Shown: positions 18,777 through 28,402, counted from the stretch's first letter. The stretch is DNA of 64,000 nucleotides from a virus (IMGVR_UViG_2562617039_000002:1278-65277), one strand, 5' to 3'. Translations and numbers: made by a program. The notes: generated from the sequence alone by a model not told the origin.

Positions 18777-19178
18777 ATGATGGATGAGCCAAAAAATATC
18801 GTAGAATTTAAGCAAATGTCGGGTCGGATTCTCGGCTCACTATATGCAGTCCATCCGCGAGCGATTTTTATAGACCCCGAGTCTTTTTTCGATGGCGACA
18901 TTTCGGATGACGAAGACACCCTATTCTATGACACCGTATCCTATCTCTCGGAAAACGGGTATTTGACCAAAACAGATAAAAATTCGCACATCAGACTTAA
19001 TGATCGATCTTACGCTATTTTAGAGAAACCAGACCCGTTGGCGCCTAAAGAGCCGATTGGCAAGACGCTGTCGGTGTGGGCTAAAGAAGCAACATCGGAA
19101 ACCGCTAAGGCAGGTTTAACACAGGCTGCTGGTGCCGCCCTCAGTATGCTCTATACTCTCTTGAAGAGCGGCGGCTGA
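18777..19178 (+). CDS. Hypothetical protein, possible winged helix (antisense cargo)
   Basis: GGGAGG RBS; FYDTVSYLSENGYL pattern. Confidence 0.7.
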   Translation: MMDEPKNIVEFKQMSGRILGSLYAVHPRAIFIDPESFFDGDISDDEDTLFYDTVSYLSENGYLTKTDKNSHIRLNDRSYAILEKPDPLAPKEPIGKTLSVWAKEATSETAKAGLTQAAGAALSMLYTLLKSGG

Positions 19179-19351
19179 CTTCATTTTCATTCCGGCTCTA
19201 CTAAGCGATATGCGGTTGAGAGAAATATAAACGCCGTCGAATCTCGAATGAACAACGCCGAGATATTTACCCCCGATCCATGCCGTTAAGATATCGGACT
19301 GGACCCGTATTTCTATTTCGGCATATTCTGGCTTAGGCATCCGCTTTCCTT

Positions 19352-19963
19352 TCACTTCGGCACCTCAATGAGCTGAAAAGACGCATCAGGAAACTTGCCT
19401 TCGCCAATTTCCCATGTCCGCGGCATGAGCCGCATATTCATAACAGGGTCTTTGAATCGCACCGTCGCGCCGACAGTGATGTAGGACGGCAGAAAAGGCT
19501 CAACTTTCACTTGCACGCTCGTGCTAGCCGCTGTGGCGTCAGCAACGATGCGGGCGATAAAGTTGTAGTCGCCAATCGTGAAGCCCACCAAGTCGCCGTT
19601 CGTCAGCTTCAGCCCCACTGCGACCCCGTTCAATGTAAGTGTATTGCCGTTGATCACACCCAGTGAAGCCGTACCGGCAATCGCCGGGTTGTTCGCGTCG
19701 CCCCAGTAGGCTTGCGGAATGCAAACATGCTTCGGCGTATAATGCACCGTCATCTGACCGCCGCGGCACCGATCGATGAAGGCCTCGAGCCTCTGGCGAT
19801 GCGCGTTCGTCATCGCTTTTATTTTCGCCGTCCACGTCCAGAACGGATCGCCGTTCTCAATCGCGGATATCGCCCTATCCCCGTACTGAGACATGGAAAC
19901 CGGGCGGTTCAGGACCGGGAAAGTCGGCTGATATCGAAGGCCAGTCGGAAGTAGTTCAGCCAT
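19352..19963 (-). CDS. Distal tail protein-like
   Basis: Directly follows the tape measure gene. Confidence 0.7.
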   Translation of the reverse strand: MAELLPTGLRYQPTFPVLNRPVSMSQYGDRAISAIENGDPFWTWTAKIKAMTNAHRQRLEAFIDRCRGGQMTVHYTPKHVCIPQAYWGDANNPAIAGTASLGVINGNTLTLNGVAVGLKLTNGDLVGFTIGDYNFIARIVADATAASTSVQVKVEPFLPSYITVGATVRFKDPVMNMRLMPRTWEIGEGKFPDASFQLIEVPK

Positions 19964-22380
19964 TACTTTGCCAACCCTCTTGAGTTTACCTGCCGCAGAT
20001 CACGCGCGGTCCGGACGGCTCCCGACTTATCGTAGGAAGCCAGCCCCTGCTTGACGTTGCGCTGCGAGATGCGTTCGACTTCGGCCTGCCAGTTTCCGTC
20101 GCGATCCACAAAGACCCGAACGTCGGCAATCCCGGCTTGTGCCTGCTGAGCCGTAGCAGATGTGCGCAGGATCGGCATGGATGGCGCGCGTAAAGGTGAG
20201 CCGCCGTCCTTCAATCCGATAACACGCCCGCTGTTGATGGCTTCCAGCAAAGCACGGTTGCGCTTTGTCGCGGCCGCATTAACGACGAATTCCTCGTCGC
20301 TCAGCATCGCCGGGATTTTGTCGCCACGTGGCCCGCCAGGACCGCGAACAATGCCACCGCCTGCGCGCTTTACCGGACCACCGTTTTTACGGAAGATGCC
20401 ACCCAGTACACCGAATAAATCGAAGCCGCCTTTGTCAGTATCGAAGATATTCGCAAGGCCGATATCGATTAGCTTTTGTGCAATGCGGCCAAGAGCGTTC
20501 GCGAAAATCTCAGCTGACTTTGCGCCGTTTAGAAAGTCATCAGCAATCCCGCCAACTAGATCCTTCTGGAAGGCCGCCATATCTTCAGCGGTTTCCTTGA
20601 TCCGGTTCTGCGCCTCCGCAAGCTTATTAGCCTCTGCGCTAGCTAATGCCCACTGGTCTGCAGTCTGGGCAATCTGCGCCCGCAGTTCGGGCGTTAGCGC
20701 CACGCCCGCCTTTTGCGCCGCATTGAGCAGTTCCTGCTCAGTACGCGCCTTCTCCATGGCATAGCCATAGTCGTTGATCAGCGGGTTGATCTGGCGCTGT
20801 GCTTCGGTCTCTGCGACAAGGGCGGCTGTGCGGTCGGCGATACGTTGAATGTCGCTGTCGAAACGCTCGGCGGGAGTTTTCTTCGTTCGACCCTTTTTCT
20901 TATCGTCTGGTGTCGTTGCGATACCGCCGCCGTAGCCCGATGGGGTTGAGGCGAGGATCTTTTCGGCGCGCTTCTGCTGAACTTCGAGCTTATCGACCGC
21001 ACCAGCTAATGCGATAGCATTGTTGCCAGCGCTTTCAGCGGCATGTTCAAACGGCTCGAATTTCAAGCCCGTCATTCTATAGAATGTTTTGGCTCTTTCG
21101 TCGGCGGCGTCGGCGTCTGCGCTTGCCTGCGTGTACGCCGCCTTGGCTGCTTCAAGCTGCAGACTAATCTGCTTCGTCAGTTCAGTCTGATACTGACGAG
21201 AAGCTGAAGCAGCATTTTCCAGCGCAACCTTGTTTTCGTCGACAGCATCGCTGAATGATTTCGCAGCATGGTCGCCAGACGACATATTGTTATAAAGCAA
21301 ATAGACGGCACCTGCCGCAGCCCCGGCCAAGAGGCCGATTGGCCCAAGCGACGCACTGAAGGCGGCAACTACGCTCGTACCTGTGCGGAGTGCGGTCAGG
21401 AACGAGCCCAACGCAACAACAGCCTGGCCTAGTCCGACCACCACCCCAGCGATTGCCCGCCCAGTGAACGCGGTAATCAGCACTGTCGCAAAGGCTGCGA
21501 CGACGTCGGCTATTTCTTTGAAGTTGTCAGCAACATACTGCAGCGCCTGAACCAGCTGCCTACTCGCGCCAGCTGACTTATCGGCATTGCCGATATAAGC
21601 GGTAAACTCGTTATTAATCTGCGTGAACGCGTCGGCAATGGTCGCGTTCGTTGCCTTGAACTGGGCCTCAATGCCCTTTTGTGCATTCAGGATAGCCTTG
21701 AACACGCGATCAGACGTCAGCTTCCCGTCAGCACCAAGCTGCTTCAAGCCTGCGATCGTGGTCTTAAACTCGTCAGCAATCGCCTTTGCAATAACCGGAG
21801 CGTTTTCACGCAGGGATCGCAGTTCGTCACCTTGCAGCACGCCAGAACCCAAAGCTTGTCCAAGCTGGAGGATGCCGGCGGCTTGTTCCTGCGCAGATGC
21901 TCCACCAGCCTTAAAGGCTTTCGAAACAAGCGACGTTGCCAAAGCAACTTCGTCTTCCGACTTGGCTACGGCGGAGGCCGACCTGATCAGGCGGGCATAC
22001 AGGTCAGTATAGGCTTCAAGACTTGTTCGTGCTTCGTTAGCCCCGTCCTTCAATTCATTCAACGAGCGAGCGCCGACGCCAGCCGCGGTCGCGGACGATC
22101 GAATGAGGTTACCGGCCTGTGTCCAAGCATCCGCATACTGCATCAGCTCGCGCGTACCTAACGCGGCAGTAATGCTGGTCAAAGGGGCCGCGAGGTCTCG
22201 CATCGTGCCTTTGCCAATGTTTCCAAGTGCCGCATTGATGCGCTGTACGCTGACATCTGCGGACTTCTCCATCTGGCGCATCTGACGCGTAAACTGTCCG
22301 CGCTGCCGATTGATGGCGTTTTCCAATCGCTTGAAATCGGCTGAAAATTGAACGACAAGAGATTCAAGGTTGGTTGCCAT
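19963..22380 (-). CDS. Tape measure protein
   Basis: ILQLGQALGSGVLQGDELRSLRENAP tape-measure motif; start MATNLESL. Confidence 0.95.
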   Translation of the reverse strand: MATNLESLVVQFSADFKRLENAINRQRGQFTRQMRQMEKSADVSVQRINAALGNIGKGTMRDLAAPLTSITAALGTRELMQYADAWTQAGNLIRSSATAAGVGARSLNELKDGANEARTSLEAYTDLYARLIRSASAVAKSEDEVALATSLVSKAFKAGGASAQEQAAGILQLGQALGSGVLQGDELRSLRENAPVIAKAIADEFKTTIAGLKQLGADGKLTSDRVFKAILNAQKGIEAQFKATNATIADAFTQINNEFTAYIGNADKSAGASRQLVQALQYVADNFKEIADVVAAFATVLITAFTGRAIAGVVVGLGQAVVALGSFLTALRTGTSVVAAFSASLGPIGLLAGAAAGAVYLLYNNMSSGDHAAKSFSDAVDENKVALENAASASRQYQTELTKQISLQLEAAKAAYTQASADADAADERAKTFYRMTGLKFEPFEHAAESAGNNAIALAGAVDKLEVQQKRAEKILASTPSGYGGGIATTPDDKKKGRTKKTPAERFDSDIQRIADRTAALVAETEAQRQINPLINDYGYAMEKARTEQELLNAAQKAGVALTPELRAQIAQTADQWALASAEANKLAEAQNRIKETAEDMAAFQKDLVGGIADDFLNGAKSAEIFANALGRIAQKLIDIGLANIFDTDKGGFDLFGVLGGIFRKNGGPVKRAGGGIVRGPGGPRGDKIPAMLSDEEFVVNAAATKRNRALLEAINSGRVIGLKDGGSPLRAPSMPILRTSATAQQAQAGIADVRVFVDRDGNWQAEVERISQRNVKQGLASYDKSGAVRTARDLRQVNSRGLAK

Positions 22381-22390
22381 GGGATATCCG

Positions 22391-22987
22391 ATGCGGTGGG
22401 GAATTGTTTTGGTGAGCGGTTTGCTCGCAGCGACAGGAGCGCGGGCAGAAAATGTAGATCCATCGGCATACACGCCGTACACTCAGAAGGCCTACCCAAA
22501 AACATTCAAGACTTGGGGGAAGGCTGGGGTAAGTAAGATTAATAAGTACATGAAGGTTGCCGCATACCGGGCAGCGGAATCGCCAAGATGCGACACAGTC
22601 GAAACCGCGGACCTTTCCGACAACCGTAGCTCGCCGCCGGACAATATTGTAATTTTCGTGGATTGCTCCAACGGTGAACGGTTCTATTTTACCGCGAAAG
22701 AACTAGAGAACAGCGGGTCAGCGCAATCCCTGAAGCAAAAGACCGAGCATGTCGGAGATTCTGCCTACAGTTCTCAATGTGAACATGCGATTCAACAGGA
22801 GCTAAAATTCCCGTCCTCAATGGATAAGAAATGGTTCTCGACCAATGTATACCGCGCGCCGCAGGGAAACGTCGTCGTGACATTTGATTTTGATGCAAAA
22901 AACGGGTTTGGCATCAATTTGCCCCAACGAGCGAGATGTGTGTTTGACGACCGGGGAATGCACCCGGTCGAAATTGTGAACAGATGA
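22391..22987 (+). CDS. Secreted hypothetical protein (antisense cargo)
   Basis: Signal peptide MRWGIVLVSGLLAATGARA; four Cys. Confidence 0.7.
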   Translation: MRWGIVLVSGLLAATGARAENVDPSAYTPYTQKAYPKTFKTWGKAGVSKINKYMKVAAYRAAESPRCDTVETADLSDNRSSPPDNIVIFVDCSNGERFYFTAKELENSGSAQSLKQKTEHVGDSAYSSQCEHAIQQELKFPSSMDKKWFSTNVYRAPQGNVVVTFDFDAKNGFGINLPQRARCVFDDRGMHPVEIVNR

Positions 22988-22996
22988 AGTGAGCGC

Positions 22997-23947
22997 CTAA
23001 GCGCTCACCCGATCACTTCTCCATCTTCGCCAATGCGTAACCGTCTGATAGGTCGCGCCGGTCACTTGCGCTATCTGGCGGTTTGACAGATTGGTTTCGT
23101 CAATGAGCTGCAGGATTTTGTCGCGAAATTTGATTTTCTTCCCACGGTACTGAGGTTCCAGTGCAATTTTCTTCACTGGCTCATGCTCGATTTGAACCGG
23201 CGCTGCATCCTGCACGGTTGATCTTTCAGCGCCGATCACCATGCCGATTACGGCGACCGAGTTGCGTGCGCTGCCACCGAATGGAGATTTAAATCGCTGG
23301 CCCAATGCCGTGCGAGCGCCAAACGGTTTGAAGTTGATAACTTCCGGCTCGACATCTTGGATGCGAACGCGCCCATCATGTTCAATAACGACCGCCCTGC
23401 CCGCTCCATCGTACTTATTGATATCGACCCAGACAGGTTCGCCATCAATAATCATAGCACAAACATTCTGCGGCTTCGGAGCGATCGTGTCGGCAACCGT
23501 TTCGAGTCGGTCGATATTGCGCTTGAGCTTGATAGCGTCATCAACCTTGGTGCTGGTGCGGCGATCATGCGAGCGGACGTGGACTGGCTTTTCAAGCTTA
23601 CCGCGCCGATACTCCATGAAAACATCGATAAGAGCTTTTCGAACGGCGGCGGCTTTCTCCGTGTTCGACCACATACAGATCAGAAGGGCTTGCGGTTCGT
23701 TAAGATAGTAGGCGACGGAAGGGCGCCCGCCCTTTGATGTGGTTTTCACGGCTTGCGTGAAAACCTTTCCGTGCATTGAAATTTCAGCTAAATTTCCCTT
23801 GATTGTCTGTCGCACGTTCAGCGGCTGTCTCATCCCGAGGCTGGTCGCGAGCGTTACATCCAAAATGCGAGGCTCGCCGTCAATTTCTGCATTCAGGTCT
23901 GCAATTGTAAAGGTTCTTCTGGTATCAACCGCGTTAGCTCTGGTCAT
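22997..23947 (-). CDS. Phage antirepressor-like protein with C-terminal HTH
   Basis: RILD..LA..LG...GGRP...YYLNEPQALLICM.S.T.KA..VR..LI.VF; C-terminal LSNRQIAQVTGATYQTV. Confidence 0.75.
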   Translation of the reverse strand: MTRANAVDTRRTFTIADLNAEIDGEPRILDVTLATSLGMRQPLNVRQTIKGNLAEISMHGKVFTQAVKTTSKGGRPSVAYYLNEPQALLICMWSNTEKAAAVRKALIDVFMEYRRGKLEKPVHVRSHDRRTSTKVDDAIKLKRNIDRLETVADTIAPKPQNVCAMIIDGEPVWVDINKYDGAGRAVVIEHDGRVRIQDVEPEVINFKPFGARTALGQRFKSPFGGSARNSVAVIGMVIGAERSTVQDAAPVQIEHEPVKKIALEPQYRGKKIKFRDKILQLIDETNLSNRQIAQVTGATYQTVTHWRRWRSDRVSA

Positions 23948-24002
23948 GGTTCGATCCTTATCTGGAGCTAGGCTGGCTTTCGCGTTGCACCGCGACGCCA
24001 GC

Positions 24003-24025
24003 CACTTGTGCTATTTGCACAAGTG
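24003..24025. promoter_or_regulatory. Inverted repeat, candidate operator
   Basis: CACTTGTGC-TATTT-GCACAAGTG perfect dyad between divergent ant-like and RHH genes. Confidence 0.7.
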
Positions 24026-24100
24026 AACCAAATGCTACAAGAGAACTACCGTTTGTCAAGCCAACTTGTGCAAACGCTACAACTATGCCATTTTGTGACA

Positions 24101-24460
24101 ATGACTGACGAACCAAAAGATGTGCGCCTGCCTTTTATGGTGACGGCGTCAGAAGCTAAAGCAATTGACGAATGGCGGTATAAGAACAAGATACCGTCGC
24201 GCGCGGAAGCTATGCGCTCATTGATACAGCGAGGCATTGCATTCGATTCAATTGCCAAAGATGCGAAGGATATCGCTCGAACGCTATCCAAGATGGAGAT
24301 TGACGAAGAAGACAAGGAGTTGTCTTCGCTACTCCATACATCGCTCCAGCAAATGAAAACTATCCATTCACTTTTATGGGCGGAATTTCAGGATATTGAG
24401 GTTGAAGCAACTACGTTGCGAGAAGTCCTTAAGGAATTATTGGAAAAGAAGTCAGACTAA
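24101..24460 (+). CDS. Ribbon-helix-helix (Arc/CopG-like) regulator
   Basis: RLPFMVTASEAKAIDEWRYKNKIPSRAEAMRSLIQRG. Confidence 0.8.
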   Translation: MTDEPKDVRLPFMVTASEAKAIDEWRYKNKIPSRAEAMRSLIQRGIAFDSIAKDAKDIARTLSKMEIDEEDKELSSLLHTSLQQMKTIHSLLWAEFQDIEVEATTLREVLKELLEKKSD

Positions 24461-24511
24461 GTCGCCCGCCAAAGCGGGAATTAGCTGTTACGCCACGGCT
24501 AATGAGGGCAT

Positions 24512-25333
24512 TCAAGCGGGTTCTGATTTTCTTGGTTTTCTATATCGTTTTAGTGATCGTGAAGAAGCTTCGAACTTCTTTGCATTAACTGACGTATTAA
24601 GCGCATGCCTCCGCTCCAACACACTTCTGTATGAAATATTCTGTATTCTATCTCCGAAGTACTTATCAATCATTTCGTGCTCAGGAAATGCGTCCGGACA
24701 CAAGGAATAGGCGTACATCTTACCAACGATGGTCGCCACCCAATCGGCTGCTTGAATATTCTGGCTAATATGGCTCTCTACTTCAAAAGGAGGGCTTGCC
24801 ATTTTTCGGCACGGTTGATTTCCATACATCGTTTTAACCGAAGTTTCCAACAACTCTTTCCGCGAAGAATGTTGGTCGACGACTACGACAAAATGCTTTT
24901 CCTTCTGTTCGCAGTATTCATTTATGTTCCTCAACGCATGCGAAAAAACGGTTTTATACAAACCTGTAGAGTTGTAGCCAGTGGCATTTCGCCGTTTTTC
25001 TCTGCCATAATAAAAAACGAATCCACCACGCCGCTCCAAGTCATTCAAGATTCTAAAAATTGTTCTTCGAATTTCAGGGTACTTTTCGACGGGTTTCTTG
25101 CGAATAAAAGAAGTACCCTTTTTCTCCCATTTTGCGGCGATTTGCCCACAACTAGCCAGATCGGCCGCGAAAAGAAGTTCTTTTTGCTTTAGAAAAAAGG
25201 ATGCAAAGCCGCGGATCTCCTCCTTTGGAAGAACTATGCCGGCCAATCCAAATACCGGATTTTCCCTATACTTTGAGCCTTCGTCAAAATAGGGGCCGAT
25301 ATGACCAAATTCGTCAAGAAAAGCAAATAGCAT
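24512..25333 (-). CDS. DUF3800 domain protein (RNase H-like fold)
   Basis: FLDEFG start motif, PVFGLAG, VVDQ, SQNIQAADWVA. Confidence 0.85.
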   Translation of the reverse strand: MLFAFLDEFGHIGPYFDEGSKYRENPVFGLAGIVLPKEEIRGFASFFLKQKELLFAADLASCGQIAAKWEKKGTSFIRKKPVEKYPEIRRTIFRILNDLERRGGFVFYYGREKRRNATGYNSTGLYKTVFSHALRNINEYCEQKEKHFVVVVDQHSSRKELLETSVKTMYGNQPCRKMASPPFEVESHISQNIQAADWVATIVGKMYAYSLCPDAFPEHEMIDKYFGDRIQNISYRSVLERRHALNTSVNAKKFEASSRSLKRYRKPRKSEPA

Positions 25334-25400
25334 AAACACAGAAGCCCGCGGAGTACGCGGGCCCTGGAACGAGCGCAGATCAATGACCGGCAACTCTTAT
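25334..25400 (-). ncRNA. Candidate leader/sRNA directly upstream of DUF3800
   Basis: TTGCAA-N17-TAACTA promoter (25433-25405); hairpin GCCCGCG-UACUC-CGCGGGC plus U-rich tail abutting the ATG; no SD. Confidence 0.45.
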
Positions 25401-25571
25401 CGCGTAGTTAGACATATTTTATTCAAGTTGCAATACCGTTAACACAAAAATTTCACAACGGATTCCAATCCCAAAGCCACTAAAATCTTTAAGTGTTTCT
25501 AACCGCATTGCAATCTGTCTTGCAAAAAAATAACGCTCAGCCCAACAGAAAGTTGCATCGGTTCTGCCATC

Positions 25572-25817
25572 CTACCCCTCGCTCACCCACTCCCAAAGCT
25601 CGTCTTTTTCCGCCTGGCTCAAACCACCATCGTCAGTCGAGTTAGCTTTGACGTACCCGTCAACGGCAGCCATGAACTGCCACATGGACATTCGCCTTAC
25701 TTCTTGCGGCGTGAAGCCGAGCGCCGCGCCGTTGCCGTAGACCGCGGCAAATCTGACTTTTCCGTTTGGGAGGCTGTCGAGTTGCTCTCCGTCCGATTTG
25801 CCGCCGCTTGCTCCCCC
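25572..25817 (-). CDS. Tail assembly chaperone extension (gpT-like), reached by probable -1 frameshift
   Basis: Open -1 frame ending ELWEWVSEG; GGGGGAG at 25817-25811. Confidence 0.6.
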   Translation of the reverse strand, partial: GGASGGKSDGEQLDSLPNGKVRFAAVYGNGAALGFTPQEVRRMSMWQFMAAVDGYVKANSTDDGGLSQAEKDELWEWVSEG

Positions 25818-26137
25818 ACCGGCTCTTCCGGCACGCCTTGAATGCCAGCCTGCAGGATGACGGTCGCGAAAACGATATTCTCGGCAGGCGGGCGCTTTTC
25901 GATGTAGGTTCGCACGAGCTTCGTTGCTGCGGTCGGCTCCAAGCCTCCGCCAATCAGCCCCTGCCGGATCACATGAGCGATATCGCCAACACGGCATTGT
26001 TTGGTGAAAAGCCGATCCAGAATGACCCAAGGACCAGCGTCGCAAGCTTCCTGCAACGCTTCTAGCTCGCCCCAACCGAGGCGGAAGGTATGAGTACCAT
26101 CCGCCCAGTCGAGTTCTACTTTTGCATCTCTACTCAT
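25697..26137 (-). CDS. Tail assembly chaperone (GTA-gp10-like, gpG)
   Basis: WADG..TFRLGWGEL..LQE.CDAGP; follows the tail tube gene. Confidence 0.85.
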   Translation of the reverse strand: MSRDAKVELDWADGTHTFRLGWGELEALQEACDAGPWVILDRLFTKQCRVGDIAHVIRQGLIGGGLEPTAATKLVRTYIEKRPPAENIVFATVILQAGIQGVPEEPVGEQAAANRTESNSTASQTEKSDLPRSTATARRSASRRKK

Positions 26138-26586
26138 TACGGAGCAGTCGGTGCCGAGACGCGGACCATTTCGCCATCGGACTGCAGCGAAACGTTGTTC
26201 GTCGCGCGCTCGCCATTGTTGGCGCCAATTTCGAGGCTCTCAACGTGCATCTTGCCGGTATAGGTGTAGGTCTTGGCTGGGAAAACAATCTCAACCTGGA
26301 CTGGGACAGAATCGATGCTTTCCCAAGCATCCAGCCACGTTTCAACGGATTCGGAAGCCAAAACGCCCTCACCGCCGATGCTCATCGAGAGCGAGGCGGC
26401 GTCACGGCCGATCCAGTCGACGGCGTCAGGGTCATCACACCGAGGAATAGAAACTTCGTTCAAATTCTTGGTCAGCGTGATTGATTTCTGCGTAAAGCCG
26501 CATGGCGCAGTATAAACGATCGGCGATGCATCGTCGCCGATCTTGACGCGGACCTTTCCGCCTTTGATCGTAGTGGCAATTGCCAT
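26137..26586 (-). CDS. Tail tube protein
   Basis: APCGFT.KS, SIP.CDDPD, SIGGEGV motifs. Confidence 0.85.
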   Translation of the reverse strand: MAIATTIKGGKVRVKIGDDASPIVYTAPCGFTQKSITLTKNLNEVSIPRCDDPDAVDWIGRDAASLSMSIGGEGVLASESVETWLDAWESIDSVPVQVEIVFPAKTYTYTGKMHVESLEIGANNGERATNNVSLQSDGEMVRVSAPTAP

Positions 26587-26630
26587 GGAAAACTCCATAC
26601 GAAAAAGGCCGCTTAACTGCGGCCTGTTGA

Positions 26631-27473
26631 CTAGATCAGGAAGACGCTTTTCGCGCCCTTGCTGAGATTTTCCTTGCCCCATAAGGGACGCAAGTTTGCT
26701 AACCCCCAACATTCTTTAAATGTGGGGTCGTTTTCATTAGCGTATTCAAACTTGGACTTAGGCCGGATGTGGTCTATATGCCATTCACCCATATTATCCC
26801 ACGACATTCCGGGCTGAAATTGTCTTTCTAGGTGACGCTTAAGGGTAGTAAGTTCATAACCGACAATGGCTTCCCAAGATCGTCCGTCTTTCTTACCTTT
26901 TAGCGCACCAGCAATGGCCGTCTTCATGCGTTGATCGAGTCTACTCTTGGGGAGCGTCCTGTACTCGGCATCCCACTTTTGCATGTAGGATTTGCGCTCG
27001 TCGGTCTTGTTACGCTCGCGAGACTTTCTGTTGATTTCTTCCCGATTGCGCTCGTTGTATTTGGCCGAACTGATCTTTCCAGCGTCGGGATTTTTTTCTC
27101 TGTATTTATCGTTCGCCCTTTTACGTTCTTCGGATGTTCTTATTCGCGGCTTGGTCCTTTTTGCCTCATAACGCGCGTTCGCCGCCTTATGCTGCTCCCG
27201 TTTTGCAAGTTCGGCGCAATTGCCACAATACTTTTGGGACCCACTGTTCTGTTGAACATCTAACCCGCACCTTTCGCAAGGCACGAACCCCAAAACGGAT
27301 AGTCCGCGAGAAATTCTTCGGTCAACCTCGACCGCACAGGAGCAAGTCCTACAAGCCGCTCTAACGCCAATCAGCGTCTTCGATTTCGCAAAATCTGAAA
27401 GAGGCTTTGTTACATGGCATTGCGTGCACGTCTTGAAAGCACCGGCGTCGCCAGCGTAAATAAAATCAGCCAT
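26631..27473 (-). CDS. Free-standing HNH (homing-like) endonuclease
   Basis: N-terminal CxxC pairs; WHIDHIRP...NLRPLW..ENLSKG. Confidence 0.8.
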   Translation of the reverse strand: MADFIYAGDAGAFKTCTQCHVTKPLSDFAKSKTLIGVRAACRTCSCAVEVDRRISRGLSVLGFVPCERCGLDVQQNSGSQKYCGNCAELAKREQHKAANARYEAKRTKPRIRTSEERKRANDKYREKNPDAGKISSAKYNERNREEINRKSRERNKTDERKSYMQKWDAEYRTLPKSRLDQRMKTAIAGALKGKKDGRSWEAIVGYELTTLKRHLERQFQPGMSWDNMGEWHIDHIRPKSKFEYANENDPTFKECWGLANLRPLWGKENLSKGAKSVFLI

Positions 27474-27520
27474 TCTGACCTCATCCGCGGGTTCATTTAC
27501 GTGCTGTAGTGCGCGCCTAA

Positions 27521-27937
27521 TCAAGGCTGCTCGATGATCGCCGTGTAACGGATCGACGCGTGGTTGATCGCGCCGTCCTGGATGTAGTCAGTTCGCCAGT
27601 AGTCGAATGTCACGAGGGCGTTTACGGTCAGAACAGGGACCCATCCTCGTGTGGCGAGGCGCACGGCGTTAGCGACGTCGCGCATCTGCTTTTTGGCTGG
27701 CTCGATCGACCATACATCCAACTGGAAAATGATATCGTCAGCGAAAATGCAGTCGGCGTTTGCCTGTTGAGCACTCGACGCGCCAATGCTGACATATGGG
27801 AAGATCGAGGGCGAAACCTGCCCTTGGTCGTTCGTTGGCGGGTTATCGTAGCTGCGCTGACCAATCAGGGAGACGAGCGCAGGAAAGCTGCGTAGGCGCT
27901 GAATGATTGCGCCCTGAAGTTCTAAAACTGGGTCCAT
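27521..27937 (-). CDS. Tail terminator (DUF3168)
   Basis: ELQGAI..RL, FPYVSIG, QLDVWS. Confidence 0.85.
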   Translation of the reverse strand: MDPVLELQGAIIQRLRSFPALVSLIGQRSYDNPPTNDQGQVSPSIFPYVSIGASSAQQANADCIFADDIIFQLDVWSIEPAKKQMRDVANAVRLATRGWVPVLTVNALVTFDYWRTDYIQDGAINHASIRYTAIIEQP

Positions 27938-28402
27938 TTAGCGGTCCGCCGCGATCTGTTTGGCTGCCTTGGTGATTGCTCTCGATACCCGAGCCCGTGC
28001 GCTGCGCCTCTTTGCCCGCCACGAGACGTAGAAAAACGGTTGTGCCTTGGCACCTGGATTGAATGTCCCAGGGAACATCCCGCCATTTACGTGTGGCGCG
28101 CTGCCGAATTCGACCAGATGCGCGTACCGAACCTTCGAATTGCCTGCGTAAATCGTGATTGTCAGCTTGCCGTCATTCGACTTAACGCTGCCAATGCGCT
28201 GGCTGTATTTGGGCGCTCGGCCCCACGTCCAGCCGATGCTTTCCATCAGTTCGCCATCATCGACGGGAACCAGGTTTTGCATCATATTGACGATTTCCTG
28301 CGCGCCTTGCTCCATAGCGGCTCTGACAAGCTTTTCAGCGACTTCCGGGAAGTTCTTGAGCTTAATTTGCAGGCGGTCAAGACCCTTGATCTTTACCGCC
28401 AT
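27938..28402 (-). CDS. HK97 gp10-like tail completion protein
   Basis: VPVDDGELMESI, YAHLVEFGS, AQPFFY. Confidence 0.9.
   Translation of the reverse strand: MAVKIKGLDRLQIKLKNFPEVAEKLVRAAMEQGAQEIVNMMQNLVPVDDGELMESIGWTWGRAPKYSQRIGSVKSNDGKLTITIYAGNSKVRYAHLVEFGSAPHVNGGMFPGTFNPGAKAQPFFYVSWRAKRRSARARVSRAITKAAKQIAADR

Noticed and set aside
19116-19355. 79-aa minus-strand ORF after the distal tail gene
   Set aside because: Overlaps the 3' end of a better-supported plus-strand gene and has no recognisable motifs; possibly real but unsupported
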